NCBI GenBank assembly: GCA_002700865.1
Contig: PAFB01000149.1
Coordinates: 1 to 55,170 of the forward strand
Direction of reading: 5' to 3'
Source: Rhodospirillaceae bacterium
Lineage (GTDB): Bacteria > Pseudomonadota > Alphaproteobacteria > UBA7985
Length of the DNA stretch: 55,170 bases
Below the pieces are notes generated by a model that was given only the letters and a program-made list of their open reading frames with translations, had not been told where the DNA came from and searched no databases. Position 1 is the first letter of the stretch, and the number at the start of each line of letters is the position of its first letter. Shown here one piece after another: positions 27,587 through 37,543 of the stretch. The position numbers and the translations under genes are program-made.

Positions 27587-27881
27587 CATGACGCTCCGCA
27601 ACCTTAAATCGGTTTCGTCCGACATTGATAAGGCTGAGTTGCTTGCTTTGATGCTCGATGTGCTGATGTCGGCAGAAGTAAAAATGAGCGCCGACGAGCC
27701 GGAGGCTGAATTCGAGTTCATCCACGCCCTTGACCTGGCTGCGGATGCGCTCTCGCGGGTGGCAGAGGCCAAGCGTCAGATGTTCGAAGGGGTGTCCAGT
27801 GCGCACCCCTACGACATCCTGCAACAGCAGACTCGAATGCTACGTCTGCGCAACCGAATGGATGTCTCTCAGGTCGAGTAG
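27586..27881 (+). CDS. Mirror twin of the axis-abutting ORF fragment
   Basis: Exact mirror of 27290..27585(-). Coordinates sum to 55171. Confidence 0.4.
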
Positions 27882-28906
27882 TGGTTCATGAGCCATCGCA
27901 CCCGTTGGTCATAATCACTGACCTCGTCGTTCACGATCATTTCGCTCAAGAACCAGGGGTTGCCCCGAAAAATACCGCGGATCCACTGCTTGGTAGCCGC
28001 AATTTCTGGGTAGTTGCGTTTCTGCTCGAGGCTGAACATCCGGATCCCGTGACCAATGTTAACCCCCAGATCGACATGGATCAGGTAGGGGTCCATGTTC
28101 ATATAGTTGCCCAGCAGCCCGAGACCGAGGCCGGACTTAATCATGGTCGCATAGGTCACGTTCATATCGGTTCCGGCGATGTATTGGGCTTCCTTGGTTA
28201 CATCCACCCAGTCTCGCCAGAAATCACTACTGGAGAGATATTGACGATTCCCGACAAAGCGGTGGTCGCTGAGATTGTCGCGCGTCGGGGTGCCAAAGCG
28301 TTTGATATATTCAAGCGAGGCAAAGGTTGTCAGGTGCAGATGGCCCAGATCCTCAACGATGAAATCGTCTTGCACCGGCACTGGAAAAGCGACGATGATG
28401 TCCACTTCGTTCTTTTTCAAGTTGGGGATGTTCTGCAGCGAGATGATTTCAAGGCTAACTTGGATCCCTTGTTGCAGAAGCCCAGGAATATGTGGCGCCA
28501 GCCAGAATGCCGCCAATCCGTCCGTTGCCGCGACCTTGACCACGGATCGGTACGTCGCCGCAGACGAGGCGGTAAACAAGTCAGAGAATTCTAGATCGAT
28601 TTTCGCGATGCGTTCCGCAACCTCTCGCCCCTTGGTGGTCAGTTCGACCCCATGGGGCTTGCGTATCACCAGCTGCCCGAGGCGGTCTTCCAGCGTCATC
28701 AAGCGGCGTGAAAGCGTTGGTTGAGATATGCCCAACGTTTCTGTGGCGCCGAGTAGGCTGCCGGCCCGAGCAATTGCGAGAAAGCTGCGCATCTCATCCC
28801 ATAGCCCCGGACTTGGCACGTGCCGCCCTTCTAGCAGATTATTGTCGAACAGCTTATTCGAGCCGTCGATTGGCGTGTCGGAGTTGTTGGTCACGCTTTG
28901 CCCCAA
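27869..28906 (-). CDS. LysR-family transcriptional regulator (mirror copy)
   Basis: Exact mirror twin of 26265..27302(+), with an identical 345-aa translation in the ORF track. Confidence 0.8.
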   Translation of the reverse strand: MGQSVTNNSDTPIDGSNKLFDNNLLEGRHVPSPGLWDEMRSFLAIARAGSLLGATETLGISQPTLSRRLMTLEDRLGQLVIRKPHGVELTTKGREVAERIAKIDLEFSDLFTASSAATYRSVVKVAATDGLAAFWLAPHIPGLLQQGIQVSLEIISLQNIPNLKKNEVDIIVAFPVPVQDDFIVEDLGHLHLTTFASLEYIKRFGTPTRDNLSDHRFVGNRQYLSSSDFWRDWVDVTKEAQYIAGTDMNVTYATMIKSGLGLGLLGNYMNMDPYLIHVDLGVNIGHGIRMFSLEQKRNYPEIAATKQWIRGIFRGNPWFLSEMIVNDEVSDYDQRVRWLMNHYST

Positions 28907-29223
28907 AAAATATTATTTAATTAATTTTATTCTACCTAAAACGAACAGCCTGTTGTGGAGGCTACGATAGGTAAAGAAAAGTGGCTCAATGGGGCTGAAC
29001 CCTGATTTCCTGTTCTCACTTTACCCGGTTTTGGGATAATGTTGGTTCTTGGGTCACGTAGAAAAATAAGCGCAGGTATGGGTCTGCGAGGATAATTGGG
29101 TTTGGTTCAGGTGAAGGGGTGCGTCAAATTGTCCTCCAGCCGTGGCGCGAACGGGCAGACCGCAGAGACGACACTGGTCTACCGTCTACCAACCCAAAGC
29201 ATGTTCATGAGGAGCAGGTAAAG

Positions 29224-30309
29224 ATGGAATTCAGCGTACAGTTGTCGTCTGATTACCCAGATAAGGCCTACGGCGGTGATCGGGTCTATCGGGACATGCT
29301 GGAACAAGCAAAGCGTGCCGATGACCTCGGCTTCGATGCCGTGTCAGTGACCGAACACCACCTGGTCAACTGCCTGATGATGCCGGCGCCGCTCACTTTT
29401 GCCGTGAAGATCGCCGCCCACACCCGCCAGATCAAAATCCTGACCAGTGTGGTTGTGTTGCCGCTGCACGACATGCGGACCTATGCCGGCGAGGTCGTCG
29501 TCGCTGACATCTTCTGTGACGGACGGCTGTTCCTCGGGGTTGGTCGCGGTGCCTTTAAGTTTGAGATGGAGCGCCTCGGCGTGCCGATGGAGGAGACCCG
29601 CGAGCGCTTCGACGAAAGCCTCGATGTGCTGCAGGCGCTGTTGCGGGAAGAAGAAGTGAGCTGGGATGGAAAATTCTACCAGTTTGACGCGCTGACCATC
29701 ATGCCGCGTCCGGTTCGTCCGGGTGGCCCGCCCATGATGATGGCGGTGATGAACCCCGAGGGCATTTACGCCTGTACCCGCCGTGGGTTCCACATCCAGA
29801 CGACGCCGTTGTCGGGGAATCACCAGCTGTTGGTGGACCAGGTTGATGCCTTCAACCGTGCCAAGGCCGACATGAATAATGAGGGCGATGCGCTGACGCT
29901 GTCGCTGTCGCGCGTAGCGCACGTCGCAACCTCTGAAGCTGAGCGCACACGAAAAAACCGAGCGGCCTATGACTACTATTGCCGGTTCGACAACATTTAT
30001 CTTGGCCCCGGTCTTGTCGACGCGGGGATGATCCGGCAAATCCCGCGCGCTCAATCAGCCGAGGAATTGGAAAAGAGCCTGCTGATCTGCCGCCCCACTG
30101 AGATGGTTGATCGGCTGGGGCGATATGCGGACCTGGGTATCGATCGAGTGATCCTGAATTTCAATTTTGGCCTTGAGTCTTCAGACACGCTGGAGGCCAT
30201 TCAGTGCTTTGCTGAAGAGGTGATGCCGCACTTCACCGACCGTCCGGCCCGTGTCCGAGACGCGTTCCTGCGCGAGGGCGGAAGACCAAGCCTGCAGGCT
30301 GTTCGCTGA
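29224..30309 (+). CDS. LLM-class flavin-dependent oxidoreductase (mirror copy)
   Basis: Exact mirror twin of 24862..25947(-). ATG at 29224. Identical translation. Confidence 0.85.
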   Translation: MEFSVQLSSDYPDKAYGGDRVYRDMLEQAKRADDLGFDAVSVTEHHLVNCLMMPAPLTFAVKIAAHTRQIKILTSVVVLPLHDMRTYAGEVVVADIFCDGRLFLGVGRGAFKFEMERLGVPMEETRERFDESLDVLQALLREEEVSWDGKFYQFDALTIMPRPVRPGGPPMMMAVMNPEGIYACTRRGFHIQTTPLSGNHQLLVDQVDAFNRAKADMNNEGDALTLSLSRVAHVATSEAERTRKNRAAYDYYCRFDNIYLGPGLVDAGMIRQIPRAQSAEELEKSLLICRPTEMVDRLGRYADLGIDRVILNFNFGLESSDTLEAIQCFAEEVMPHFTDRPARVRDAFLREGGRPSLQAVR

Positions 30310-30362
30310 CGCGATACTTTGGCCGGTCTCATTATCGAAACACGTCAATCAGAGAGGCCTTC

Positions 30363-31142
30363 ATGACTCAGCCGCTGTCTTGCGCGTACTCAGTATCGGG
30401 TGAAGGGCCGCCCTTGATCCTGATCCATGGCATCGGGGCCTCGCGGGCTACTTGGGCGACGGCTCTTCCGCTGTTGGAAGCACACTTTACCGTCATCGCC
30501 TACGATTTGCGCGGGCACGGTAACTCGCCTCAACCGGACGGGCGTTTTGGTCTTGACGCGCTGGTCGCCGACCTCGAACAAGTGCGGGCAGAAGTCGGGG
30601 TGGAGGCAGCACATATCGCCGGGCATTCGCTGGGGGGGATGATCGCGCCGGCCTATGCCCGCGCCTTTCCCGATCGGGTGCTGTCCCTGGGGCTGCTGTC
30701 CACCGCTGCCTTCCGCACGGAACAAGATAGCATCAATGTTAGGGCAGTTGTCTCCGCGATGCGCCAGCAGGGGATTGCTGAGGTGCTGAGCACACTGGCC
30801 AACCGTTGGTTCACGGACGCCTTTATCGCCGAGCATCCCGAAGTGGTTGAGGCCCGTATGGCGCAGGTGATCGGCACTGACCCAGAGGTGTTCCTGAATG
30901 TCTTCGATATCTACGCCGAGACTGAGATGGCCCCCTGGCTGCATGAAATCACAGCGCGGTCACTGGTGCTGACAGGGGAGAATGACGGCGGCTGTCCCCC
31001 ACGGTTAAACCAATTGATTGCCGAGGCCATGCCTTTCGCCACACTGCGGGTGTTGCCTTCGCTGAAGCACTCGATCCTGCTCGAAGGCGGCGCTCAGACC
31101 GGTACCTGCCTGCGCGATTTCCTCCTTGGTTTGGGTCACTGA
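30363..31142 (+). CDS. Alpha/beta-fold hydrolase (mirror copy)
   Basis: Exact mirror twin of 24029..24808(-), with an identical 259-aa translation. Confidence 0.85.
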   Translation: MTQPLSCAYSVSGEGPPLILIHGIGASRATWATALPLLEAHFTVIAYDLRGHGNSPQPDGRFGLDALVADLEQVRAEVGVEAAHIAGHSLGGMIAPAYARAFPDRVLSLGLLSTAAFRTEQDSINVRAVVSAMRQQGIAEVLSTLANRWFTDAFIAEHPEVVEARMAQVIGTDPEVFLNVFDIYAETEMAPWLHEITARSLVLTGENDGGCPPRLNQLIAEAMPFATLRVLPSLKHSILLEGGAQTGTCLRDFLLGLGH

Positions 31143-31177
31143 GGCGCAGGGACGCAGGCAGGGACTCAGGCAGGGAA

Positions 31178-31627
31178 TCAGGCCACTTTGCCCTGGCTTC
31201 GCGTTGAGAACCACACCCAGAAACTCAGAAGTACGGCTGCGCCGGAAATGAATGTCATGACGGTGCCGGGTACGAAGTTCACATAGCCAGCGAAGTCCAG
31301 AAACAGCAGATACCCAATATCGGCGAGGCCACCTACCATGCTAGTGACCCAGATTGCAGTCCGGTTCTGATGCCAGATCATCGCAGCACCGATGATCGTG
31401 GCCACTCCGAACCAGCCCAGGTTCCAACCATGCTGATTGAGGACGCCCTCGACGGCTCCGTGGTAGTCTGCTGCCAGCGCCGCAGGATTAACGCCATCGG
31501 CAACGGCCTGTAGGCCTCCAGTGGCGTCGTTCATCAACACCATTACCCCGGCGAGCACGTGGACCAGCCCCCACAGGAGCCAACGGATTGCCGCCACGCG
31601 GAGCGTATTTTTCTGAACAGAACTCAT
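31178..31627 (-). CDS. Hypothetical polytopic membrane protein (mirror copy)
   Basis: Exact mirror twin of 23544..23993(+). Confidence 0.55.
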   Translation of the reverse strand: MSSVQKNTLRVAAIRWLLWGLVHVLAGVMVLMNDATGGLQAVADGVNPAALAADYHGAVEGVLNQHGWNLGWFGVATIIGAAMIWHQNRTAIWVTSMVGGLADIGYLLFLDFAGYVNFVPGTVMTFISGAAVLLSFWVWFSTRSQGKVA

Positions 31628-31696
31628 CGTGAATTTCCTTGCCATTGTCCCCGCGGGACAGTTGAAATACGTTGACTAAGTCCACTAAGATAGAAA

Positions 31697-31711
31697 GTTG
31701 ATAAAATCAAC
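31697..31711. promoter_or_regulatory. Candidate MarR operator palindrome GTTGAT-AAA-ATCAAC (mirror copy)
   Basis: Exact mirror of 23460..23474. Confidence 0.35.
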
Positions 31712-31714
31712 CAC

Positions 31715-32137
31715 ATGAAAAAGACACGGGATACAGACTTGGCACTGATGTTCGATCGTTTCATGCGATCGATCCACTTCGGGTTGCAGCAAAAAGCCGG
31801 GGACTTTGATCGAAAAAGCGTAGGTCCTGGTGGCGGAATGCTGCTCATGACGCTGGCTGATGCAGGCCAGGTCAGTCAGAATGAACTGAGCAGGCGGATG
31901 GTTCGCGATAAGTCGCAAATGACGCGCATGATCCAGGGGCTCGAAGGCAAGGGATTGGTCAGGCGGGAAAATTCGACCAGTGACGGCAGGGTTGTCATGG
32001 TCTCGCTGACCGCCGAGGGAGAGCAGGTGGTTGAAGAGCTGCTTGAAGCGGTGGCCGATGTAATTGGCGACCTGCTTGCACCAATTTCAGCAAATGAGAC
32101 GCAGCTGCTGAAACAGCTTCTCAGCCGGATTGTATGA
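31715..32137 (+). CDS. MarR-family transcriptional regulator (mirror copy)
   Basis: Exact mirror twin of 23034..23456(-), with an identical 140-aa translation. Confidence 0.85.
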   Translation: MKKTRDTDLALMFDRFMRSIHFGLQQKAGDFDRKSVGPGGGMLLMTLADAGQVSQNELSRRMVRDKSQMTRMIQGLEGKGLVRRENSTSDGRVVMVSLTAEGEQVVEELLEAVADVIGDLLAPISANETQLLKQLLSRIV

Positions 32138-32167
32138 TCGGCGAGGCCAAAGACGAGGTGAGTTAGC

Positions 32168-33337
32168 CTAGATCAGAACACCGTCGAGGCTTGCATCGTC
32201 AAAGCCGCTAAAACGGTTGTCCGACAACCCAAACCAACCGGCGAGCAGACGCTGATAAACCGCGCGATAGTCCAACGTGTATTTCAAATCGCCATCTTCG
32301 AGGTCTTCCAGATCCGGGTGTCGCCCAAACAGCCCCCCGCGAACCCCGCCGCCGAGAAGCAAGTGCGGCGCCGCCGTACCATGGTCAGTGCCGTTGGAAT
32401 AGTTCTCCGTCGCTCGCCGACCAAACTCGCTATAGGTCAGGATCAGCGTCTGGTCCCAGTGCCCCGATTGCTTCAGCGCCGCCCGAAGGCCCGCCAGCGA
32501 CCGTCCCAGATCACGTAGCAGTCGCTCATGATCACCGCGCTGATTTTCATGCGTATCAAAGCCGCCGATTTTCATCTTGAGCACCGGTGCATCCACCCCT
32601 GCCCGAATTAGGGTCGCAGCGAGGGCCGCTTGTCGTCCCAATTCGCCGCCGTCGATGCGCACGTGACGGGCCATCCCAGTCTGCTTGATCTTGGTGCTGA
32701 TTTGTCCCATGGCGCTGTCGAGCGCGTTGCCCCGGTCGAGCAACATTGAGAGGGCGGGGTTGGCACTGTCGGTGGTTAAGCCGCCCAGACCCGCGTTGGT
32801 TGCAGAAAGTGTCTGTAGATGATGCAGCGAGGTGAAGGACAGCCACAACCCGCTCGATGAAGCGAAGATACCCATGCCGCCATCGAGGCTGATCCCATGC
32901 GCATCGAAGCCATTACCCATGGTCTCCACGTCTTCGGTGAGCCAGCCACTGCGGCCTGCACGGTTGCCGTCACCACCGGTTTCCCAAAGCGCTATGGACT
33001 TGAAGTGGGAGCGGTTCTGCTCAGGGTAGCCCAGCCCTTGAAGCACAGCCAATTCTCCTGCCTGCCAGGCCGGACCAAGGTCCGCCAGTGCATTGTTGAG
33101 CCCCAATTGGTCGTCAAGCGTTATCAGATCCCCGCGGTCAAGCGCCACCGAGGGGCGGATCGCGCGATAGCGGTCGTTGGCCCAGGGTACTACGGTGTTC
33201 AGGCCGTCGTTAGCGCCGGACAATTCGACAAGGATGAGGCGCCGGCCTGAGCGCCCGGCCGCCTGCGCCAGCTCGATCGGGGCTAACGGCAGGCTAAGAC
33301 CAGCGACCAGAGAACTCAGAACTTTGCGGCGATCCAT
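32168..33337 (-). CDS. DUF1501-domain protein (mirror copy)
   Basis: Exact mirror twin of 21834..23003(+). Confidence 0.85.
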   Translation of the reverse strand: MDRRKVLSSLVAGLSLPLAPIELAQAAGRSGRRLILVELSGANDGLNTVVPWANDRYRAIRPSVALDRGDLITLDDQLGLNNALADLGPAWQAGELAVLQGLGYPEQNRSHFKSIALWETGGDGNRAGRSGWLTEDVETMGNGFDAHGISLDGGMGIFASSSGLWLSFTSLHHLQTLSATNAGLGGLTTDSANPALSMLLDRGNALDSAMGQISTKIKQTGMARHVRIDGGELGRQAALAATLIRAGVDAPVLKMKIGGFDTHENQRGDHERLLRDLGRSLAGLRAALKQSGHWDQTLILTYSEFGRRATENYSNGTDHGTAAPHLLLGGGVRGGLFGRHPDLEDLEDGDLKYTLDYRAVYQRLLAGWFGLSDNRFSGFDDASLDGVLI

Positions 33338-33352
33338 ACCGTGATTTTCCAC

Positions 33353-35971
33353 TTACTTGAGTTGATAAACCGGGTCGATGATCAGGTCGCTGAAACCGAA
33401 ACCGGAGCTCAGCGGCCGCGATGGTCGCCCGGCGAGGGTGATTTCTACCAGTGCGTCTCCCTCGAAGCGTTCAGCCCCGGACGCGCTGCCTAGCCACTCG
33501 ACCCGTTCATCGGGCATGCCAAGCAGCATAACCGCTCCCGACGCTTCTTGCGACATCATCGCTGACATCATCGAACCGCTATTCTGAGCCATGGGCTCTA
33601 TCAGCGGAACGGGGTTACTAAGTTCCTTTGAATAGCGTGTGCGCGGCAGGGCATCAGTGATCTTGGCAAGGATAGGATCCCAGCTGCTGCCGACCCGGTC
33701 CTGCCCGCGCCGACGCCAGTTCCTGCCGTCTTTCATGGTGTCGAACAGTGTAGGCATGGCGGACCATAGCCCGTGCACCAGCTTACGGTGGTCCTCGTCG
33801 AGTTGATCGTACTGTCCACGCTGGTCCACGTCACCGCCAGGCCAGAGCAGATATTCGACACGTTTTTCGCCTGAATTGAATTCCTTGAAGGTGGTAGATG
33901 GCCATTGCCCGTAAAAACAGTCAGGCCTGCAATTACTTTCACGAATGTCGAGCAGCAGTTCGCGACGACCATTGCGACGGTGTTCCACCAGTTCAAGCCG
34001 CAGTGCATCGTAGTGCAGATGGTTCATGCGTACGTCCATGAGCGAGATCGACAGGCTGTTCCAACTGCGCGTACGGTCCAGCGCGCGCCCCCAGTCAAAA
34101 GCAACGCGTCCAATGACGAGGCGGTCCTGTCGGTCTGGGTTCAGCGCCGAAGTCGCCAGATCTTCGCCTGAACCGCCCATAGGCTCAGGTTCGAGCGTCT
34201 GGGCAACGCGCAGTTGCAGTTCACCGGAGCAGTAAAAATTGCCCGGTGGGTCGTCATTGTTCGACCCTCGACAGCCGGGTTTCTGCAGTCCATCGCTGGC
34301 AAGGTAGAGTTGATCGTCGAAGCGTAGCCAGTCGATAAACAGGTTCCGGTCGCCCCCGGAGCTTCCGCCTGGGCCGCAGCAATGATCATTGTAGAACCCG
34401 ACGCTGAACCAGTCAGGAGGGTCGAGGTCTTCGGGGTATACCAGCGTATCGACCTGCCAGTTTAGGTCCGCGAGGCTATCGATCCGGCCCAGTCGGCCGG
34501 TGTCGATACCACCCGAGGCCTCAAATACCTCTGATCGCCAGATTGGGATGTCTCTGCCATCTTCTCTGGTCTTGTAGCCTCGGATCACAATAGTTGGTGG
34601 GCCTTCGAAGTCCTCCGCACCGTATCGCAAGCTGAGCGGCATTCCTGCCAACGGAGTCATCATCCCGTCCGCGGCAAGTCCGTCTGGGGTGCCCGCCGGA
34701 TCCGATGCGGCCGAAGGGGCCGGCCCGTCGTAAAGTGCAGCAAGCTGTTGCAGTGCTTCGTTACGGCTCAGCAGTCGCGCGGGCGTGATCCAGTCAGCCC
34801 CGCCAGGCCAGCCCGCGACGTTAGGTGCTTCGAACAAGTGCTGGCCAAGACTTTCAAGCTGTACGCTCAACGTGGGCCACCACTGGGGCAGTCGCCCGCC
34901 GCTGCGAAGTGTTCCGATCATCAGGTCAACCGGCGATTTGACGATAGTGCCGCGATAACGGGGATCCCAGAACTCCTCTGACGAAAGCATAATTCGCACG
35001 AGCGCACTGATGTCATAGTCGGTCTTGCGCCAGTCTGTCGCAAGCGCTTCGATGGCTGCTGGATCTTTTTCGAATTCGGAAATATACGCTTGCCAGAAGG
35101 TTCCTACGATAAACGCAGCCGCCGCATCGGTCTCCAGCAGGATATCGATTACGTCATCGGCATCGAAGCGTCCGATCTTGCCGAGTATCCGCTTCGAGCC
35201 CTCATCGTGATCCCAGGGCTGGAACTGAAATTCAAAATCCCGCAGATCATTATAGGAGTAACCGGTCAAAGCACGGGCGACTTCCTTGACGTCCATTTCG
35301 GTGTACTGGCCTTCGCCGAGGACAAACAGCTCCAGTAATTCTCGGGCGAGGTTCTCGTTTGGCTGTTCCTCGCGGCTATTGTTGTTGTCGAGATAGTTCA
35401 GCATGGCCGCATCACGAACAACGGCCCGAAGCAGGTCTCTGAAACGGCCGTGTCCCTTCTCCCGTAGCATCATGTGCTGATTGTAGAGTGCGTGGACCTC
35501 CTCATTCAGACTGCCATAGGCGGATACAAAGTGGTTGGACCAGATGAGCAGCAGTCGCTCTCCGGCTGGGGACGACGTTGACAGCATCTCCCGGATCCAC
35601 CATCGGCGAAGCTCACCCATCTCCTTGTCGCGCTCGACCCGGAAAGCTTGTCTGTCCTGTTCCTCGTAGTCGTTTAACATCCAGTAGTGGACATGCTCAC
35701 CGTCGCTGAGGCTGATCGGGGGTTCGTTGAAAGGTGCAGAGACATCAAGCTGGTCGACCATGGCGTCGATAGCCTGCGCCCGGGATAGACCCAACAGCGC
35801 ATTTATTTCATCGGGATGCGCGCCCAGCCCAGCGCGTTCGAGCAAATGCCGGGCATCTCCGGGGGTCATTCGCATCTGTAGATGCTGTGCTGAGGCCAGC
35901 GCCGGCCATACCGATACCATCAATCCGAGGATCGCTGCTTTTGCCATGCGCCAGAAAATTTGACATGTCAC
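33353..35971 (-). CDS. DUF1800-domain protein with long C-terminal extension (mirror copy)
   Basis: Exact mirror twin of 19200..21818(+), with an identical 872-aa translation. Confidence 0.8.
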   Translation of the reverse strand: MTCQIFWRMAKAAILGLMVSVWPALASAQHLQMRMTPGDARHLLERAGLGAHPDEINALLGLSRAQAIDAMVDQLDVSAPFNEPPISLSDGEHVHYWMLNDYEEQDRQAFRVERDKEMGELRRWWIREMLSTSSPAGERLLLIWSNHFVSAYGSLNEEVHALYNQHMMLREKGHGRFRDLLRAVVRDAAMLNYLDNNNSREEQPNENLARELLELFVLGEGQYTEMDVKEVARALTGYSYNDLRDFEFQFQPWDHDEGSKRILGKIGRFDADDVIDILLETDAAAAFIVGTFWQAYISEFEKDPAAIEALATDWRKTDYDISALVRIMLSSEEFWDPRYRGTIVKSPVDLMIGTLRSGGRLPQWWPTLSVQLESLGQHLFEAPNVAGWPGGADWITPARLLSRNEALQQLAALYDGPAPSAASDPAGTPDGLAADGMMTPLAGMPLSLRYGAEDFEGPPTIVIRGYKTREDGRDIPIWRSEVFEASGGIDTGRLGRIDSLADLNWQVDTLVYPEDLDPPDWFSVGFYNDHCCGPGGSSGGDRNLFIDWLRFDDQLYLASDGLQKPGCRGSNNDDPPGNFYCSGELQLRVAQTLEPEPMGGSGEDLATSALNPDRQDRLVIGRVAFDWGRALDRTRSWNSLSISLMDVRMNHLHYDALRLELVEHRRNGRRELLLDIRESNCRPDCFYGQWPSTTFKEFNSGEKRVEYLLWPGGDVDQRGQYDQLDEDHRKLVHGLWSAMPTLFDTMKDGRNWRRRGQDRVGSSWDPILAKITDALPRTRYSKELSNPVPLIEPMAQNSGSMMSAMMSQEASGAVMLLGMPDERVEWLGSASGAERFEGDALVEITLAGRPSRPLSSGFGFSDLIIDPVYQLK

Positions 35972-36012
35972 CGCACTATCTTCCGGTGGTTTGCTTCAAA
36001 CTCTGAACCGAT

Positions 36013-36021
36013 ATTCTATCA
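36013..36021 (-). promoter_or_regulatory. Extended -10-like element (mirror copy)
   Basis: Exact mirror of 19150..19158. Confidence 0.2.
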
Positions 36022-36189
36022 TAAGGCCGGCTCTGCAGGCGATAATTAGAAATAGTAGCTAATATCTATCAAATGAACAGGAACACGATGTTTCAAACAA
36101 TTCCACTGCTGCCGGCACCCGCGCTGCTGCCAAGTCGTGAACCAGCACAGCGAGATCAGCGGAGAGCAGCACTTTGCCATAGACTGAGC

Positions 36190-36219
36190 TGGCCCCGGTC
36201 TCGCTTTGAAACGGGGCCA
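36190..36219 (-). terminator. Hairpin downstream of ohr (mirror copy)
   Basis: Exact mirror of 18952..18981. Confidence 0.3.
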
Positions 36220-36263
36220 CTTTTAGATCTTTACGGCACGGATGGAACCAGCGTTGCTGGGCT

Positions 36264-36686
36264 TTAGTCGAGGGTGGTTTTAGCCTTCAGTCGGACGCTG
36301 ATCGTCTCACTCAGAGAGTTGGAGAAGGGACAGAGTTTGTGGGTTGTCGCCATCAGCCGATCTGCTGTTTCTTGATCCATGCCTGGCAGCATCGCGGTGA
36401 TGTCCACGTCAAAACGCAACCGCTTGTTGTCGTCGGAGTTTCCTAGCCCAACGGCAATTTGTGTGTGCCAGTCGTCACCAAGTTCGATTTCCTTGAACTT
36501 TGCAGCTTCCTTCATCGCGTTATCAAAGCAAGCGGCATAGCCGAGCGTAAACAGCTCTTCGGGGGTCAGGCCCTCTTTTTTGGCACCTGGTAGAACTGTG
36601 TCGATGGAAAAGGTGCCGTTATCGAGACTCGTGCTGCCCGAGCGGCCTCCGCGGGCTGTAGCGGCGGTCTTGTGGTAAATGTTCAT
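36264..36686 (-). CDS. ohr: Organic hydroperoxide resistance protein Ohr (mirror copy)
   Basis: Exact mirror twin of 18485..18907(+). Confidence 0.85.
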   Translation of the reverse strand: MNIYHKTAATARGGRSGSTSLDNGTFSIDTVLPGAKKEGLTPEELFTLGYAACFDNAMKEAAKFKEIELGDDWHTQIAVGLGNSDDNKRLRFDVDITAMLPGMDQETADRLMATTHKLCPFSNSLSETISVRLKAKTTLD

Positions 36687-36788
36687 GGATCCGGACTTTT
36701 CGAATTAAGTATCATTTTTCGCGTCGAGCCTTGGGCTTAGTCACTTCCCGCGATCATCTCAACCGCATTCTGGTATTTTGGACGGTGG

Positions 36789-37481
36789 TTAGATAAGGCG
36801 TACTTCGAGCGTCCCGATCCCTTCAATGGTCCCGACGAGTGCGTCGCCCGCAACAACTGGCCCCACACCAGCGGGGGTGCCGGTGAAGATCAGATCCCCG
36901 GGCATTAGCGTGTAGAGCGTGGAAAGGTCAGCAATGATTTCCGCTAACGACCAGACCTGGTCGGCAAGGTTGCCGCTCTGCCGCAGGTCGCCGTTTACGT
37001 GCAGGCTGATGGCGCCCTGATCTGGCCGAGCACCCGCGCCGGGCTGGCACAGTGCCGAACACAGGCCGCTGAATTCGAAGTCTTTGCCCGTGTCCCAACT
37101 GCGGCGCTTGTCTTTGCTGTCCTGCTGCAAGTCGCGTCGGGTCATGTCCAGCCCGACGGCGTAACCAAAGATATGGTCAAGCGCCGTATCGATGCTGATC
37201 CCGCTTCCGCCCTTTGCCAGAGCAGCAACCAGCTCGATCTCGTGATGATAATTGTCAGTGCGTGGGGGCACCGGCACGGGATCTTTACCGTTTGCAAAGG
37301 CCACGTGCTGGGGCGATTTGAGGAAATAGAAGGGTGCTTCCCGATCAACGACGTTGCCCATTTCGGCCGCGTGCGCAGCGTAGTTGCGTCCCACGCAAAA
37401 GGCGCGATGGATTGGAAAGAGCTGGTTGCTGCCGAGAATTGGCAGGGCGGAAATTGGGGGTGGGGTCACGGCGTAGCTCAT
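36789..37481 (-). CDS. FAH-family protein (mirror copy)
   Basis: Exact mirror twin of 17690..18382(+). Confidence 0.85.
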   Translation of the reverse strand: MSYAVTPPPISALPILGSNQLFPIHRAFCVGRNYAAHAAEMGNVVDREAPFYFLKSPQHVAFANGKDPVPVPPRTDNYHHEIELVAALAKGGSGISIDTALDHIFGYAVGLDMTRRDLQQDSKDKRRSWDTGKDFEFSGLCSALCQPGAGARPDQGAISLHVNGDLRQSGNLADQVWSLAEIIADLSTLYTLMPGDLIFTGTPAGVGPVVAGDALVGTIEGIGTLEVRLI

Positions 37482-37543
37482 GACCCCGGGTATGACATGC
37501 CAGTGGCTGTGGTTCCAATGCTTTCAGAACATCGGTGGAGCCC

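Noticed and set aside
27560-27611. Hairpin-telomere or protelomerase target site at the centre
   Set aside because: Not adopted as the primary explanation. The centre lies inside an ORF. The unique 27.6 kb contains no recognisable resolvase, replication or partition genes. Both ends of the unit truncate genes. It is kept as an alternative under finding 1 because it cannot be excluded from sequence alone.
27290-27881. Two 160-aa ORFs (27290..27772 minus and 27399..27881 plus) with identical translations spanning the axis
   Set aside because: These are chimeric by construction. Only the C-terminal ~97 residues look like real protein. The N-terminal 62 residues are the antisense translation of the same gene created by the fold-back, and are Ser/Ala low-complexity. 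I annotated only the arm-internal fragments.
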